Positions 19,051-30,100 of a stretch of 64,000 bases of DNA are shown here, in pieces. Each line of letters begins with the position of its first letter. The stretch's first letter is position 1. Origin of the DNA: Alphaproteobacteria bacterium. Its GTDB lineage: Bacteria > Pseudomonadota > Alphaproteobacteria > MPNO01. The translations under genes were made by a program, and so were the position numbers. The notes beneath the pieces are model-generated. The model saw nothing but the letters and a program-made list of their open reading frames with translations, had not been told where the DNA came from and ran no database searches. The stretch spans positions 2,176,001 through 2,240,000 of the forward strand of contig OZ219866.1 of assembly GCA_964291675.2 (NCBI GenBank), in the 5' to 3' direction.

Positions 19051-19833
19051 TCAATCGGCCAGAGCGATGGCGTCCCCCTTGCGGACGGGGCCTTCCTTGA
19101 TGACCGCGGCATAGACGCCGGCGAACCCCTCATGCGCCCGGGTCACGTGCCGCAGCAATGCGGGGTCCGTCTCGGCGGTTTCCGGATGGATCGTAATGAA
19201 CTTGCAGCGCGGGTCGCGCTCCACCACCATGACCTCCACCGTGTCGCCGACCTTCACCGTCCTGCCGACGAGCTCGTCTTCGTAGAAGCCGCCCTGCTCG
19301 TTCCAGTCGACATAGAAATTGGCCCGGAACTGCAGCTTGTGGATGTCGCTGCCGGTCTCCTGGCTGAGCTGGTCCACCGTCTGCAGCGAGAACAGCGTCA
19401 CCGGCCGGCAGTCGACGATGTTGCGCTGGGTATGGTGCAGCGCAAGCTCGCCCTCGGACTTGTCCTTGAGGCCTTCCAGGAAGGCCGGGTCCTCGATATC
19501 CACCACCGTGCCGTCGGGGATCTCGACCTCGACCGCGAAGGCGCCCGGGTCCGTCGGGAACGGCGCATGGATGTTGGCGGGATGCCCCATGGCCTCCACC
19601 ATGTTGTCGGGCTTCAGGGTCCCGTCGCGCTGCTTGAAGCGGGCCTGGTAGAGCACATAGTCTTCCTGCTCGCGGGCCGTGTGCCAGGGAAAGGCCTTGT
19701 CGGCTGCGGTCGAAGACACCGCATAGACCCGGTCGCCCATCAAGCCGGTGAAGGCGACGAATATTTCATCGACCTCTTCTCCGCGCATGCTCTTGACGGG
19801 ATAGCGCCAAATGCTCTCCAGCTTTCCCAACAT
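19051..19833 (-). CDS. MOSC-domain molybdoprotein (MOSC_N + MOSC; mARC/YcbX-like)
   Basis: IWRYPVKSMRGE, GDRVYA, QFRANFYV, DPRCKFITIHPET with the putative Moco-ligating Cys, G.V..GD.I C-terminus; start ATG 19833. Confidence 0.85.
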   Translation of the reverse strand: MLGKLESIWRYPVKSMRGEEVDEIFVAFTGLMGDRVYAVSSTAADKAFPWHTAREQEDYVLYQARFKQRDGTLKPDNMVEAMGHPANIHAPFPTDPGAFAVEVEIPDGTVVDIEDPAFLEGLKDKSEGELALHHTQRNIVDCRPVTLFSLQTVDQLSQETGSDIHKLQFRANFYVDWNEQGGFYEDELVGRTVKVGDTVEVMVVERDPRCKFITIHPETAETDPALLRHVTRAHEGFAGVYAAVIKEGPVRKGDAIALAD

Positions 19834-20207
19834 CGATCCCTCCCTCGCGATTATAGGTTGAGTGTCCGCCGCCATCGGTGAAGTCGGTCGCTCTCGCGCG
19901 GCGGCACAAGCGGCGACCCACGGTCCGCAGCCGGTATCGTCATTGCCGAATTCGACCGTGTTCGGCTTGCCGGCAAGCAGGCACACATGGGGTCACCCGC
20001 CTTGGCAGGCATCGTTTCTTCCCACCAGACGCCGACCCCGGGCGATCACCAGCCGAAAATCAGGTCGGCTCTTGCGATTCAACGGGGTCGCCGCGCATCG
20101 GCGACCCGCTCGACTTCGAAGTTGACGCCTTTCGAGGCTATCACCCGGTTTCCGGGGTGTCCAGCCGATGCCCCTGCCCATCGGCGCGCCTGGTTGCCGG
20201 GACACCC

Positions 20208-21053
20208 TCACGCCGCCGCGGTATCCAGCGGCGTCATCGGCGAAATCGGCCGGTCATGGTCGAGCGCCGGTATCCTTCTACGCGCCTCGGCGACACGCCC
20301 GGGGTCGATCTCCGCCAGCACGATGCCCTCGCCCTCGCCGCCGTCGGCGAGCACCGCGCCCCAGGGGTCCACGATCAGCGAATGGGCGAAGCAGGCGCCG
20401 CCCCCTTCGACCTCGCCGTATTGGCATGGCGAGATCATGTAGCAGCCGTGCTCGATCGCCCGGGCGCGGTTCAGCACGTGCCAGTGCGCCTTGCCGGTCT
20501 CCCTGGTGAACGCGGCCGGCGCCGCCAGCATGATCGCCCCGTCCCGGGCGAGCTGGCGGTACAGCGGCGCAAAGCGCAGGTCGTAGCAGATCGACAGGCC
20601 CAGCCCGCCCCACGGCGTCTCCGCGACGACCGAGCGGTCGCCGGGCGCTATCGTCGCGGATTCGGTGACGGGACCGGATTCGAGCTCCACGTCGAACAGG
20701 TGGATCTTGTCGTAGCGGGCAACGATCCCGCCATCGCCGTCGATAACATAGGCCCGGTTGGAGATGCGCCCGTCCGGGTTCACCACGCCGAGCGAGCCGA
20801 GCAGGAACCAGACGTTCCGGTCCCGGGCCGCCCGTGCGAAGGCCGGCAGCACCGGATGCTCGGCTTCGGCAAACGCGGTCGGGAGAAACAGCCCGTTCTC
20901 GGTGCGCAGCCCGGAGAAATACTCGGGCGTGCAGATCAGCCGGGCGCCCGCCTCCGCCGCCTCGCGCGCGAGCCGGAGCGACACGTCGATGTTGAAATCG
21001 ACATCCGGCGTCGCGTTGTTCTGGATACAGGCCGCGACGAATTTCTTGGACAT
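20208..21053 (-). CDS. Carbon-nitrogen hydrolase (nitrilase superfamily, Nit1-like amidase)
   Basis: Catalytic triad motifs TPEY, YDKIHLFDV, SICYDLRF; RARAIE, HSLIVDPWG; start ATG 21053. Confidence 0.9.
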   Translation of the reverse strand: MSKKFVAACIQNNATPDVDFNIDVSLRLAREAAEAGARLICTPEYFSGLRTENGLFLPTAFAEAEHPVLPAFARAARDRNVWFLLGSLGVVNPDGRISNRAYVIDGDGGIVARYDKIHLFDVELESGPVTESATIAPGDRSVVAETPWGGLGLSICYDLRFAPLYRQLARDGAIMLAAPAAFTRETGKAHWHVLNRARAIEHGCYMISPCQYGEVEGGGACFAHSLIVDPWGAVLADGGEGEGIVLAEIDPGRVAEARRRIPALDHDRPISPMTPLDTAAA

Positions 21054-21088
21054 CCGGTGCTCCCGCCGGCGTCGCGCCGGGTCTTGGC

Positions 21089-23485
21089 TCAGGCCTTCAC
21101 CCGCGACTTGGTCGGGTCGTAGAAGGGGAAGGGCACGACCTTCGCCGGTATGCGCTTCTGGTGGCCGTCCAGCTTGCCCACCTCGACCGCCGTCCCCTCC
21201 GCCGATGCCGTCACGTCCATCCGGCAGAGCGCGATATTCCGGCGCAGGACCGGCGAGCGCATGCCGCTGGTGATGACCCCGACCTGGGCGCGGCCGACAT
21301 GGACGCAATCGCCGTGCGCCGCCGCCTCCTGCCCCTCCAGCTCGAGCCCGACCAGCCTGCGCTGCGGCGTGTCCTTGCGCCGGATCAGCGCCTCCCGGCC
21401 GACGAAATCGTCCTCTTTCGACTTGAGCGGCACGGTAAAGCCGATGCCGGCCTCGAACGGATCGGTCTGGTCGTCGAACTCGTAGCCGGCGAAGATCAGC
21501 CCGGCCTCGATGCGGACCATGTCGAGCGCCTCCAGGCCGAAGGGCGACAGGCCCTCGGACTCGCCGGCCCGCCAGATCGCGTCCCACACCCCGGCGGCGT
21601 GGCGCGGATGGCACCACACTTCGAAGCCCAGCTCGCCGGTATAGCCGGTGCGGGAGACGACGATCGGGATGCCGTCGTGATCGCCGATCCGGCCGATGGC
21701 GAAGCGGAACCAGCCGAGCTCCTCGATGGACGGCTGGACCGGCGGCGTCCACACCACCTGCTTGAGGATGTCCCGGCTGGCGGGCCCCTGCACGGCGACG
21801 TTGTGGAGCTGATCGGTCGACGAGCGGACCCAGACGTTCAGCCCGAGCTTCGCGGCTTGCTCGCGCATCCACTCGCCGCCGTAATCGCAGCCGCCCACCC
21901 AGCGGAAATTGTCGTCGCCCAGCCGGAAGGCGGTGCCGTCGTCGATCATGCCGCCGGTCTCGTAGCACATCGCGGAATAGACCACCTGCCCGGTCGCCAG
22001 GCGCCGGACGTTGCGGGTCAGCACCCATTGCATCAGCCGTTCGGCGTCCGGCCCCAACACCTCGAACTTGCGCAGCGGCGACAGGTCCATGATCGCGGCG
22101 CGCTCGCGGCAGGCCCAATATTCGTCCAGCGCCCCCCGATTGGTGAAATCGCTGGCCAGCCAGTAGCCGTTGTATTCGGTGAAGTTTCTCGTGTGTTCGG
22201 CAAACCGGCCGTGGAACCCGGTCTCCCGGGTCAGCTTGGGATCGGCGTCGGGAGTCATGCGAAAGGCCACCGCTTTGGAAAACACGTTCTCGCGGGGATA
22301 GACCCGCACGTGGATATCGGTCGGGTTCCAGCCATTGGCGGCGTCGATGTCGTCGGGGCAGGCCGAGGAGACGCAGACGAGGTCGGTCATCGCCTGCAGC
22401 AGCACGTAATCCCCCGGCCGCGACCAGGGATCGTCGAACACCGCCCGGTCGGCATCGAAACCGGTGTTGAAGAAGAAGTTGAGCGCCATCCAGCCGCGGC
22501 GCGGTGCGATCCCGAAGGGCGCGAGCGCGCCGTTGAAGTTGTCGGTGCAGTTGACGTGGCCGGGATAGCCCATGTCGTCGTAGTACTTGGCCGTGCAGGC
22601 GTAGAGGAAGCTGTCGTGCCGGCCGCAGGTGTCGCGGATGACCTCGACCATCGGCTGCAGGTTGACGTCGTAGCATTTCGACAGCAGGCCGGGCGCCGGG
22701 TAGGCGCTGCCCATCAGCGTGCGGGTCGCCGTCGCGTCCAGGCAGTACTCCTGCCCCGCGTCGAGGCCGGCGACGGTGAACGCCTGGAAGTCCGAGCATT
22801 CGCGGCCCTGCACGTCGATGATCTGGATGAACTCGCCCGCCTTCACCTCGTAGGCTTCGGCGGTGCGGGCGGCGATCCGCCGGTCGATCCTGGGGTCGGC
22901 CAGGGGTTCGGGCACCGGGTGCTCGTCCGGCGCCACCGGGTTGGCGCGCGTAACGAAGATCTCGACCGGCGTCGGCGGGTCCTGCCGGTCGACGCGCATC
23001 GGGCCGCCCGGCGCGGCGACGAAGCAGACCAGCGGGCGTTCGGCGCAAAGGCTCGCCTCGTCGCCCGGGCGCGACTCGCCGCCCAGCACGTCGATCGAGC
23101 GCGCCGCGGCGATGTCGAGGCCGCGCCGCTGCAGGCTTCCCGCCAGCGACCGGGACCGTTCGCCGCCGGCGCCCAGGATCGACTTGAGGCCCGCGGCGGA
23201 CCCGCTCACGGCGCCACCCAGCGCTTCGGTATCCGGCGAACCGTCGGGCGCGAAGGCGGCGATCTCGGCTTGCTGCCGGCCTTCGCGGTCGCGCAGCGTG
23301 AGCCCGTCGCCCGGCTCCAGCGAGAAGACGGCCGCCGCGCCGCCTTCGGCAACGTAGCGCTCCACCCCGAGCCCCAGCGTCGGCACGCCGGGGACCAGCA
23401 CGGCGCCGGCCCGGGACGGTTGCAGCGACAGCGGCGGTTGCGAATTGCGGCCGTCAGGCATGGCAATGCTCCCCGGCTTGTCCAA
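21089..23485 (-). CDS. tdm: Trimethylamine N-oxide demethylase (DUF1989 + GcvT-like THF domain)
   Basis: CSDF, DTCGRHDS..ACT.KYY..GYPGHVNCTDNF, SSACPDDID.ANGWNPTDIHVR, then DLSPLRKFEV, RTGYTGELG, RIEAG; alternative start ATG 23461. Confidence 0.88.
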   Translation of the reverse strand: MDKPGSIAMPDGRNSQPPLSLQPSRAGAVLVPGVPTLGLGVERYVAEGGAAAVFSLEPGDGLTLRDREGRQQAEIAAFAPDGSPDTEALGGAVSGSAAGLKSILGAGGERSRSLAGSLQRRGLDIAAARSIDVLGGESRPGDEASLCAERPLVCFVAAPGGPMRVDRQDPPTPVEIFVTRANPVAPDEHPVPEPLADPRIDRRIAARTAEAYEVKAGEFIQIIDVQGRECSDFQAFTVAGLDAGQEYCLDATATRTLMGSAYPAPGLLSKCYDVNLQPMVEVIRDTCGRHDSFLYACTAKYYDDMGYPGHVNCTDNFNGALAPFGIAPRRGWMALNFFFNTGFDADRAVFDDPWSRPGDYVLLQAMTDLVCVSSACPDDIDAANGWNPTDIHVRVYPRENVFSKAVAFRMTPDADPKLTRETGFHGRFAEHTRNFTEYNGYWLASDFTNRGALDEYWACRERAAIMDLSPLRKFEVLGPDAERLMQWVLTRNVRRLATGQVVYSAMCYETGGMIDDGTAFRLGDDNFRWVGGCDYGGEWMREQAAKLGLNVWVRSSTDQLHNVAVQGPASRDILKQVVWTPPVQPSIEELGWFRFAIGRIGDHDGIPIVVSRTGYTGELGFEVWCHPRHAAGVWDAIWRAGESEGLSPFGLEALDMVRIEAGLIFAGYEFDDQTDPFEAGIGFTVPLKSKEDDFVGREALIRRKDTPQRRLVGLELEGQEAAAHGDCVHVGRAQVGVITSGMRSPVLRRNIALCRMDVTASAEGTAVEVGKLDGHQKRIPAKVVPFPFYDPTKSRVKA

Positions 23486-23514
23486 ACTACCCTACCGGCG
23501 CGACGTTGCCGGCG

Positions 23515-24211
<697 letters not shown>

Positions 24212-24222
<11 letters not shown>

Positions 24223-25009
24223 GGCCCGCCCCGCTGTCGGCGGCCGCCCCGAGATAGGCCTCGATCACCGCCGGATCGTTGCGCACCTCCTCCGGCGCGC
24301 CTTCGACCAGAAGAGCGCCGAAATTCATCACCGTGATGGTGTCGCACAAATTCATGACCGCCTGCATGTCGTGCTCGACCAGCATGACGGTGACGCCGCC
24401 GTCGCGGATGCGCCGGACCAGCGACATCATGCGCCGGGTCTCCTGCGGGTTCATGCCGGTGAACGGCTCGTCCAGCAGCAGCACCTTCGGCTCCGCCGCC
24501 AGGGCGACCGCCATGCCGAGCATGCGCTGGTGCCCGTGCGACAGGTTGGATGCAAGCTCTCCGGCCAGGTCTTCGAGGCCGAAGAAGGCGAGCGTCTCCC
24601 GCGCCCTGGCGTCGGCGGCGCGTTCCGACGGCCGGTCGGTGCCGAGCAGGCGGCTCGCGAACCCGGCTCGGGCGGCGAGGTGGCGGCCGACCCGGACATT
24701 GTCGAGAACCGAGAGCTCCTGGAACAGGGTCGAGCCCTGGAAGGTGCGCACCAGGCCCATCGCGGCCAGCGCGCTGGTCTTGCGGCCGGAAACGTTGCGG
24801 CCGCGATAGAGGACCTGGCCCGCGTTCGGCGCGTAGAAGCCGCTGATCACGTTGAACGTCGTCGTCTTGCCGGCGCCGTTCGGCCCGATCAGCCCGTGGA
24901 TCGCCCCCGCGCGGACGGCGAAGCTGAAATTGTCGACCGCCACGAGGCCGCCGAACCGGCGGATCAGCCCGCGCGCCTCGAGGATCGGCTGCTCGCCCGG
25001 ACCGCTCAT
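24212..25009 (-). CDS. Branched-chain amino acid-type ABC transporter ATPase (LivG-like)
   Basis: From ATG 25009; [36 protein letters not shown]. Confidence 0.92.
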
Positions 25010-26037
25010 GCCGCCCCGCTCCCGGCCGCCGCCGGGTCCCGCTCGCGGCGCCGCAGCCGCGCGCGCAGCCTGGGTCCCAGGCTCTCCAGCCCGTCCGGCA
25101 GATAGAGCACCGACAGGATCAGGATGGCGCCGTAGATCAGCGGCCGGACCGTGTCCATGCCGAGCCCGCGCAGCACGATCTCGTTGATCACGGTCAGCAC
25201 CACGACGCCGAGGATCGGGCCGTGCAGGGTCGCGGTGCCGCCGACGATCGCCCAGACCAGGACATAGACCATCTGGTCGACGCCGAACCTTGTGGGGTTC
25301 ACCGCCCCGACATAGTGGCCGTAGAGGCCGCCGGCGATCCCGGCGAAGAAGGACGCGATGACGAAGGCAAGCGTCCGGTAGCGGAAGGTGTCGACGCCGA
25401 CGGACTCGGCGAGCCTGTCCTGCCAGTGGATGGCGTGGAAGGTGAGCCCGATGCGCGACCGCTCGATCCGGTAAAGGACGTAGAGCGATGCCGAGACCAC
25501 GATCAGCGCCAGGAAGTAGTAGTTGACCGGCTCGTAGAAATCGATCTCCAGGAAGCCGATATCGATGTCCGGAAAGGCGTCGATCCGCTTCAGCCCCTTG
25601 GGGCCGCCGAACGGGTCGGTGAAGCGCTTCCAGATCAGGCGGATGATCTCGCCGGCCGCAAACGAGCCGATCAGGAAGTAAAACCCCTTCATGCGGAACA
25701 GCGGGAAGCTCAGGATCGCCGCGCCGGCCGCGGCGACCATGCCGCCCGCCAGCATGGAGACCGGCACCGGCACGCCGAGCCGCTTGGTCAGCAACGCGCT
25801 GGCATAGGCGCCGACCCCCATCATGACGACATGGCCGAGCGACCATTCGCCGGTGAGCGTGAGCAGGCGGTAGCTGCACACCAGCAGGACGTTGATCACC
25901 AGCAGGACGGCGATCTCCTGCTGCGAATAGCTCAGCAGATAGGGCAGCGCGGCGAGCGCCGCAAACAGCAGGAGCAGCCGAAGCCTTACCGCCATGCGCC
26001 ACACCGCGTTGCCCGCCGCTTCCGCCCGCTCAGGCAC
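25006..26037 (-). CDS. LivM-like ABC permease
   Basis: [39 protein letters not shown]; start GTG 26037 or ATG 25995. Confidence 0.88.
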   Translation of the reverse strand: MPERAEAAGNAVWRMAVRLRLLLLFAALAALPYLLSYSQQEIAVLLVINVLLVCSYRLLTLTGEWSLGHVVMMGVGAYASALLTKRLGVPVPVSMLAGGMVAAAGAAILSFPLFRMKGFYFLIGSFAAGEIIRLIWKRFTDPFGGPKGLKRIDAFPDIDIGFLEIDFYEPVNYYFLALIVVSASLYVLYRIERSRIGLTFHAIHWQDRLAESVGVDTFRYRTLAFVIASFFAGIAGGLYGHYVGAVNPTRFGVDQMVYVLVWAIVGGTATLHGPILGVVVLTVINEIVLRGLGMDTVRPLIYGAILILSVLYLPDGLESLGPRLRARLRRRERDPAAAGSGAA

Positions 26038-26893
26038 GTTCCTTCGCCCCGAACAGGCCGGTCGGCCGCACCACCAGCACGGCAAGCATCAGCGCGAGGC
26101 CGACGATGTTGGCGATCACCCCGTCGAAGAAGGTGGTCACGAAGGTGTGCACGAAGGCGTAGAGCACGGCTGCGATCACCGCGCCTTCGAGGCTGCCGAT
26201 GCCGCCGACGATGATGATTATGAAGGCGGTGACGATGACCGAATGGCCGATATAGGGGGTGGGGCTGACCAGCGGCGCGGTGAGCGCGCCGGCGACGCCG
26301 GCCAGCGCGGCGCCGATGAACATGGCGATGCGCGCGGTCTGGGTCATCGAGATGCCCTGGAGCGCGGCGGCCTCCGAATCCTGGGCGCAGGCGCGCAGCG
26401 CCCAGCCGAATCTGGTGCGCTTGAGGAAGGCCCACAGCGCGACCAGCAGCAGAACGGCGGCGACGATGACGAGCAGCCGCTGATGGGTCAGGACCGCGCC
26501 GAAGATATCGAGCTTCTCCTGGGTCGGCGGCGGAACGTGGCCCATGCGCCGGCCGAAGCCCAGCACGACCAGGGTCTGCAGGATCAGCAGGAAGCCGATC
26601 GATGCGATCAGCCCGCTCAGCGGGTTGTCCCGCAGCGGCCGGAACATCGCGCGTTCCATGAACAGGCCGACGAGACCGACGAACACCAGACCCGCGGCGA
26701 CCGCGGGCAGAAAGGGGAAGCTCTCCTGGGCGTAGAGATACACCACGCAATAGGCGCCCAGCATGTAGAGCTCGCCATGGGCGAAGTTGATCACCCCCAT
26801 GACGCCGAAGATCATCACCAGCCCGACCGCGATCAGCGACATGTAGCTGGCGGCATACATGGCGTTGATGGCGGTCTGCCACAGCAGATCCAT
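26030..26893 (-). CDS. LivH-like ABC permease
   Basis: GVMGVINFAHGELYMLG, GWALRACAQD, IVGGIGSLEG, VRPTGLFG. Confidence 0.92.
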   Translation of the reverse strand: MDLLWQTAINAMYAASYMSLIAVGLVMIFGVMGVINFAHGELYMLGAYCVVYLYAQESFPFLPAVAAGLVFVGLVGLFMERAMFRPLRDNPLSGLIASIGFLLILQTLVVLGFGRRMGHVPPPTQEKLDIFGAVLTHQRLLVIVAAVLLLVALWAFLKRTRFGWALRACAQDSEAAALQGISMTQTARIAMFIGAALAGVAGALTAPLVSPTPYIGHSVIVTAFIIIIVGGIGSLEGAVIAAVLYAFVHTFVTTFFDGVIANIVGLALMLAVLVVRPTGLFGAKERA

Positions 26894-26928
26894 CGGGCAG
26901 CCTCAAACGCTGTGGCGGAGAAACGGAA

Positions 26929-26955
26929 CCGGGGCCGGGCAGAGCCCGGCCCCGG
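26929..26955. terminator. Hairpin downstream of the binding-protein gene (attenuator or mRNA stabiliser)
   Basis: CCGGGGCCGGGC-AGA-GCCCGGCCCCGG perfect 12-bp stem. Confidence 0.55.
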
Positions 26956-27003
26956 CAGCCGATCCAGGCGCGGCGGCGATGCCGCGCGGATTGCGTCGCC
27001 GGA

Positions 27004-28311
27004 TCAGCGCTGGTTCCACATCTGGCCCAGCGCGGTCATGTGCTTGATCATCAGCTTGCTGTGCTTCGCCCACCAGGCGGGGATGGACTTGAAGGCCTTG
27101 ATCCGCGCCTTGCCGTCCTCGATGACCACGACCGGCCAGTTGCCGACCAGGGCGTTGTCGATGCCGAACAGCTCCTTGCCCCACCACTTGGCGTCGCCGA
27201 AGGCGTGCTTGCCGGTGCCGTCGGCCTTCATCGCTTTCAGGACCGGGCCGGGCTCGGCGCTGCCCGCCTTGGTGGCGGCATCGGCCCACAGATCCATGAT
27301 CGAGGCGTATTCCCAGGAGACGGCGCTCCATTCCGCGGCGCCGAAGCGCTTGGCGTATTCGGCGTAGAACTCGTTCGGCTTGACGAAATTCACGTCCTTG
27401 CTGTTCAGCGCCGGGTCGTCGAAATCCGGGAACTGGAAGATGAAGCCTTCCATGAACTCCTTGGACGTCTTCTCGATGATCTTCTGGTAGAAGTCGGCTG
27501 TGCAGGAGATGATCTGCCCCTTGTAGCCCTGCTGGAACGCCTGTTCGCAAAGCGGGTGGACATAGTCGGCGTAGCAGGTGTCCAGGCACAGGATGTCCGG
27601 CTTCTTGGCCAGCAGCTTGGTCATCACCGGCGCGAAATCGGTGGTCGCCGGATCGAAGAACTCCGGCTTGTCGACCATCTCGATCCCGGCCGCCTCGAAG
27701 GCTGCCAGGTAGGTCGCCACCGAAGGCTTGCCGAGCGCGTCGTCCTGCGCGCAGATCGCCGCGGTCTTCAGGTCCTTCTTGTTCTCCGCCAGCCATTCGA
27801 CCCCGGTCACGTTGTAGATCGGATGCACCTCGCACGGCGCGAGCAGGGTCTTGGTCTCCGGCGACAGGTCGCTCGGCAGCAGCGTCGAGAACAGCATGCC
27901 CTCGCGTTCGGCGATCTTCTGCACGCCCGGCCAGGTGTCGCCCCCCAGCATCATGACGAACTTGACGCCGTCCTCCTTGATCAGCTTGGTGGCGCCGGTA
28001 CGCGCCTTGGCGGGGTCGTATTCGTTGTCGTAGCCGACGAATTCGATCTTGTGCGACTTGTCGCCGATCTTGACACCGCCCTTGGCGTTGACCCAGTCGG
28101 CCCAGATCAGGCAGCCATCGAGGCCGGGCTTGCCCCACGCCGCCACCGGCCCGGTGAGCGGCGCGAGGAATCCGATCTTGATGGTCGCGTCCGCGGCGAA
28201 GGACACGCGGGGAAAGCCCGCCCCCATCGCCGCCAGCGCCGCTCCGGAAGCCGCCGAAGTGCCGAGGAATTTCCGCCTGCTGATCTTTCCGTCGAGTGAC
28301 TTGCGAGACAT
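27004..28311 (-). CDS. LivJ/K-type ABC substrate-binding protein with Tat signal peptide
   Basis: From ATG 28311: MSRKSLDGKISRRKFL (twin-arginine), IKIGFLAPLTG, NAKGG, TTDFAPV. Confidence 0.9.
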   Translation of the reverse strand: MSRKSLDGKISRRKFLGTSAASGAALAAMGAGFPRVSFAADATIKIGFLAPLTGPVAAWGKPGLDGCLIWADWVNAKGGVKIGDKSHKIEFVGYDNEYDPAKARTGATKLIKEDGVKFVMMLGGDTWPGVQKIAEREGMLFSTLLPSDLSPETKTLLAPCEVHPIYNVTGVEWLAENKKDLKTAAICAQDDALGKPSVATYLAAFEAAGIEMVDKPEFFDPATTDFAPVMTKLLAKKPDILCLDTCYADYVHPLCEQAFQQGYKGQIISCTADFYQKIIEKTSKEFMEGFIFQFPDFDDPALNSKDVNFVKPNEFYAEYAKRFGAAEWSAVSWEYASIMDLWADAATKAGSAEPGPVLKAMKADGTGKHAFGDAKWWGKELFGIDNALVGNWPVVVIEDGKARIKAFKSIPAWWAKHSKLMIKHMTALGQMWNQR

Positions 28312-28434
28312 CCGTGCCTCCCTCCATTGATCCGCCGGCGTCCGTCGCCGGGCGGCGTTCCCGAGGGACCGAGCGCCCATCCGGCGGCGCCGCAATAGGC
28401 CCGCGCAACCGGAACCGGGGGTCGACCCATGAGC

Positions 28435-28659
28435 ACCAAACCAATTCGGACCAATTCGCGCGACCGAGAATCTCGATTGGCGCGATTGCGGTCGAACCCC
28501 TACAGCATGCCAAACCGGGGGCAAGATGCAAGGAAAATATGCATTATTGGCGCCATGCAACCGGACTTCGTTCGCCCCGCCGGGGTCGGACAGACGATGG
28601 AAATCCAGACCGCGTTGGGATATAGTGGTATGCGGTGGTGCAGATTGGTGTAGATTGGA
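28435..28659. promoter_or_regulatory. Divergent tmm/transporter promoter with phased CCAAT/ATTGG repeats
   Basis: ACCAATT at 28440 and 28450; 10-bp periodic GTGGT/GTGGT/ATTGGT/ATTGGA at 28625-28659. Confidence 0.45.
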
Positions 28660-28737
28660 TTCCGCCGCCGAAGGGGATTGGACGATGCCGGCGACTCGGA
28701 GCGATGCGGACCGCCGGCCAGGACGGGGAGCGAGAAC

Positions 28738-30081
28738 ATGGCCAAACGGGTTGCGGTGATCGGCGCGGGGCCGTCCGGCCTGGCCCAGCTGCGGGCGTTC
28801 CACTCGGCGGCGGCCGGCGGGGCGGAGATTCCGGAGATCGTCTGCTTTGAGAAACAGGCCGACTGGGGCGGGCTGTGGAACTACACGTGGCGGACAGGGC
28901 TCGACGAATACGGCGAGCCGGTGCATTGCTCGATGTACCGTTACCTGTGGTCGAACGGCCCCAAGGAAGGGCTCGAGTTCGCCGACTATTCCTTCGAGGA
29001 GCATTTCGGCAGGCAGATCGCCTCCTACCCGCCGCGCGAGGTCCTGTTCGACTACATCGCCGGCCGGGCCAGGCAGGCCGGCGTGCGCGACCGGATCCGG
29101 TTCCTCACCCCGGTCCGGCGGGTCTCCTACGATTCCGGCTCCGGGCAATTCCGGGTCATCGCCCACGACCTGGCGAACGACCGGGAATACGGCGAGGATT
29201 TCGACCATGTCATCGTCGCGACGGGTCATTTCTCGACCCCCAACGTGCCGCATTTCGACGGTCTCGACGCGTTCAACGGCCGGGTCATGCACGCCCACGA
29301 TTTTCGCGACGCCGTCGAGTTCAAGGACAAGGACATCCTGATCATCGGCACCAGCTACTCGGCCGAGGATATCGGCTCGCAGTGCTGGAAGTACGGCTGC
29401 AAGTCGGTCACCGCCAGCCACCGCACCGCGCCGATGGGCTATGACTGGCCGGACAACTGGAAGGAGGTGCCGCTGCTGCAGAGGGTCGCGGGCAACACCT
29501 GCACCTTCAAGGACGGCTCGACGGCCGATGTCGACGCCATCATCCTGTGCACCGGCTATCTGCACCACTTTCCCTTCATGGCGCCGGAGCTGTGCCTCAA
29601 GACGGCCAACCGGCTGGCGACCGCGGATCTCTACAAGGGCGTGGTCTGGGTCGACAATCCGCGGCTGTTCTATCTCGGCATGCAGGACCAGTGGTACACC
29701 TTCAGCATGTTCGACGCCCAGGCCTGGTATGTCCGCGACATCGTGCTCGGCCGGATCGCGGTGCCCGACCGCGCGGCCCGCGCCGCCGACGTCGCCGACC
29801 GGGAGGCCCGGGAAGACGCCATCGAGGACGACTATGCCGCGATCCGCTACCAGGGCGACTATATCCGCGAGCTGATCGCGGACACCGATTACCCGAGCTT
29901 CGACGTCGACCGCACCGACGAGGCGTTCTTCGAGTGGAAGAAGTTCAAGAAGCAGGGGATCATGTCGTATCGCGACCACGGCCATCGCTCGGCCATGACC
30001 GGCACCGACGCCCCGGTCCACCATACGTCCTGGGTCGAGGAGATGGACGATTCGATGGAGAGCTATCTGCGGGACGGATAG
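28738..30081 (+). CDS. tmm: Trimethylamine monooxygenase (bacterial flavin-containing monooxygenase)
   Basis: [35 protein letters not shown] fingerprint [26 protein letters not shown]; start ATG 28738; linked to tdm. Confidence 0.92.
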   Translation: MAKRVAVIGAGPSGLAQLRAFHSAAAGGAEIPEIVCFEKQADWGGLWNYTWRTGLDEYGEPVHCSMYRYLWSNGPKEGLEFADYSFEEHFGRQIASYPPREVLFDYIAGRARQAGVRDRIRFLTPVRRVSYDSGSGQFRVIAHDLANDREYGEDFDHVIVATGHFSTPNVPHFDGLDAFNGRVMHAHDFRDAVEFKDKDILIIGTSYSAEDIGSQCWKYGCKSVTASHRTAPMGYDWPDNWKEVPLLQRVAGNTCTFKDGSTADVDAIILCTGYLHHFPFMAPELCLKTANRLATADLYKGVVWVDNPRLFYLGMQDQWYTFSMFDAQAWYVRDIVLGRIAVPDRAARAADVADREAREDAIEDDYAAIRYQGDYIRELIADTDYPSFDVDRTDEAFFEWKKFKKQGIMSYRDHGHRSAMTGTDAPVHHTSWVEEMDDSMESYLRDG

Positions 30082-30100
30082 AGGAACCCCTTCCCCGACC

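Noticed and set aside
21054-23048. 946-aa ORF suggesting a fusion upstream of the nitrilase
   Set aside because: Alternative frame overlapping tdm, Arg/Pro/Gly-rich; the nitrilase begins at ATG 21053.
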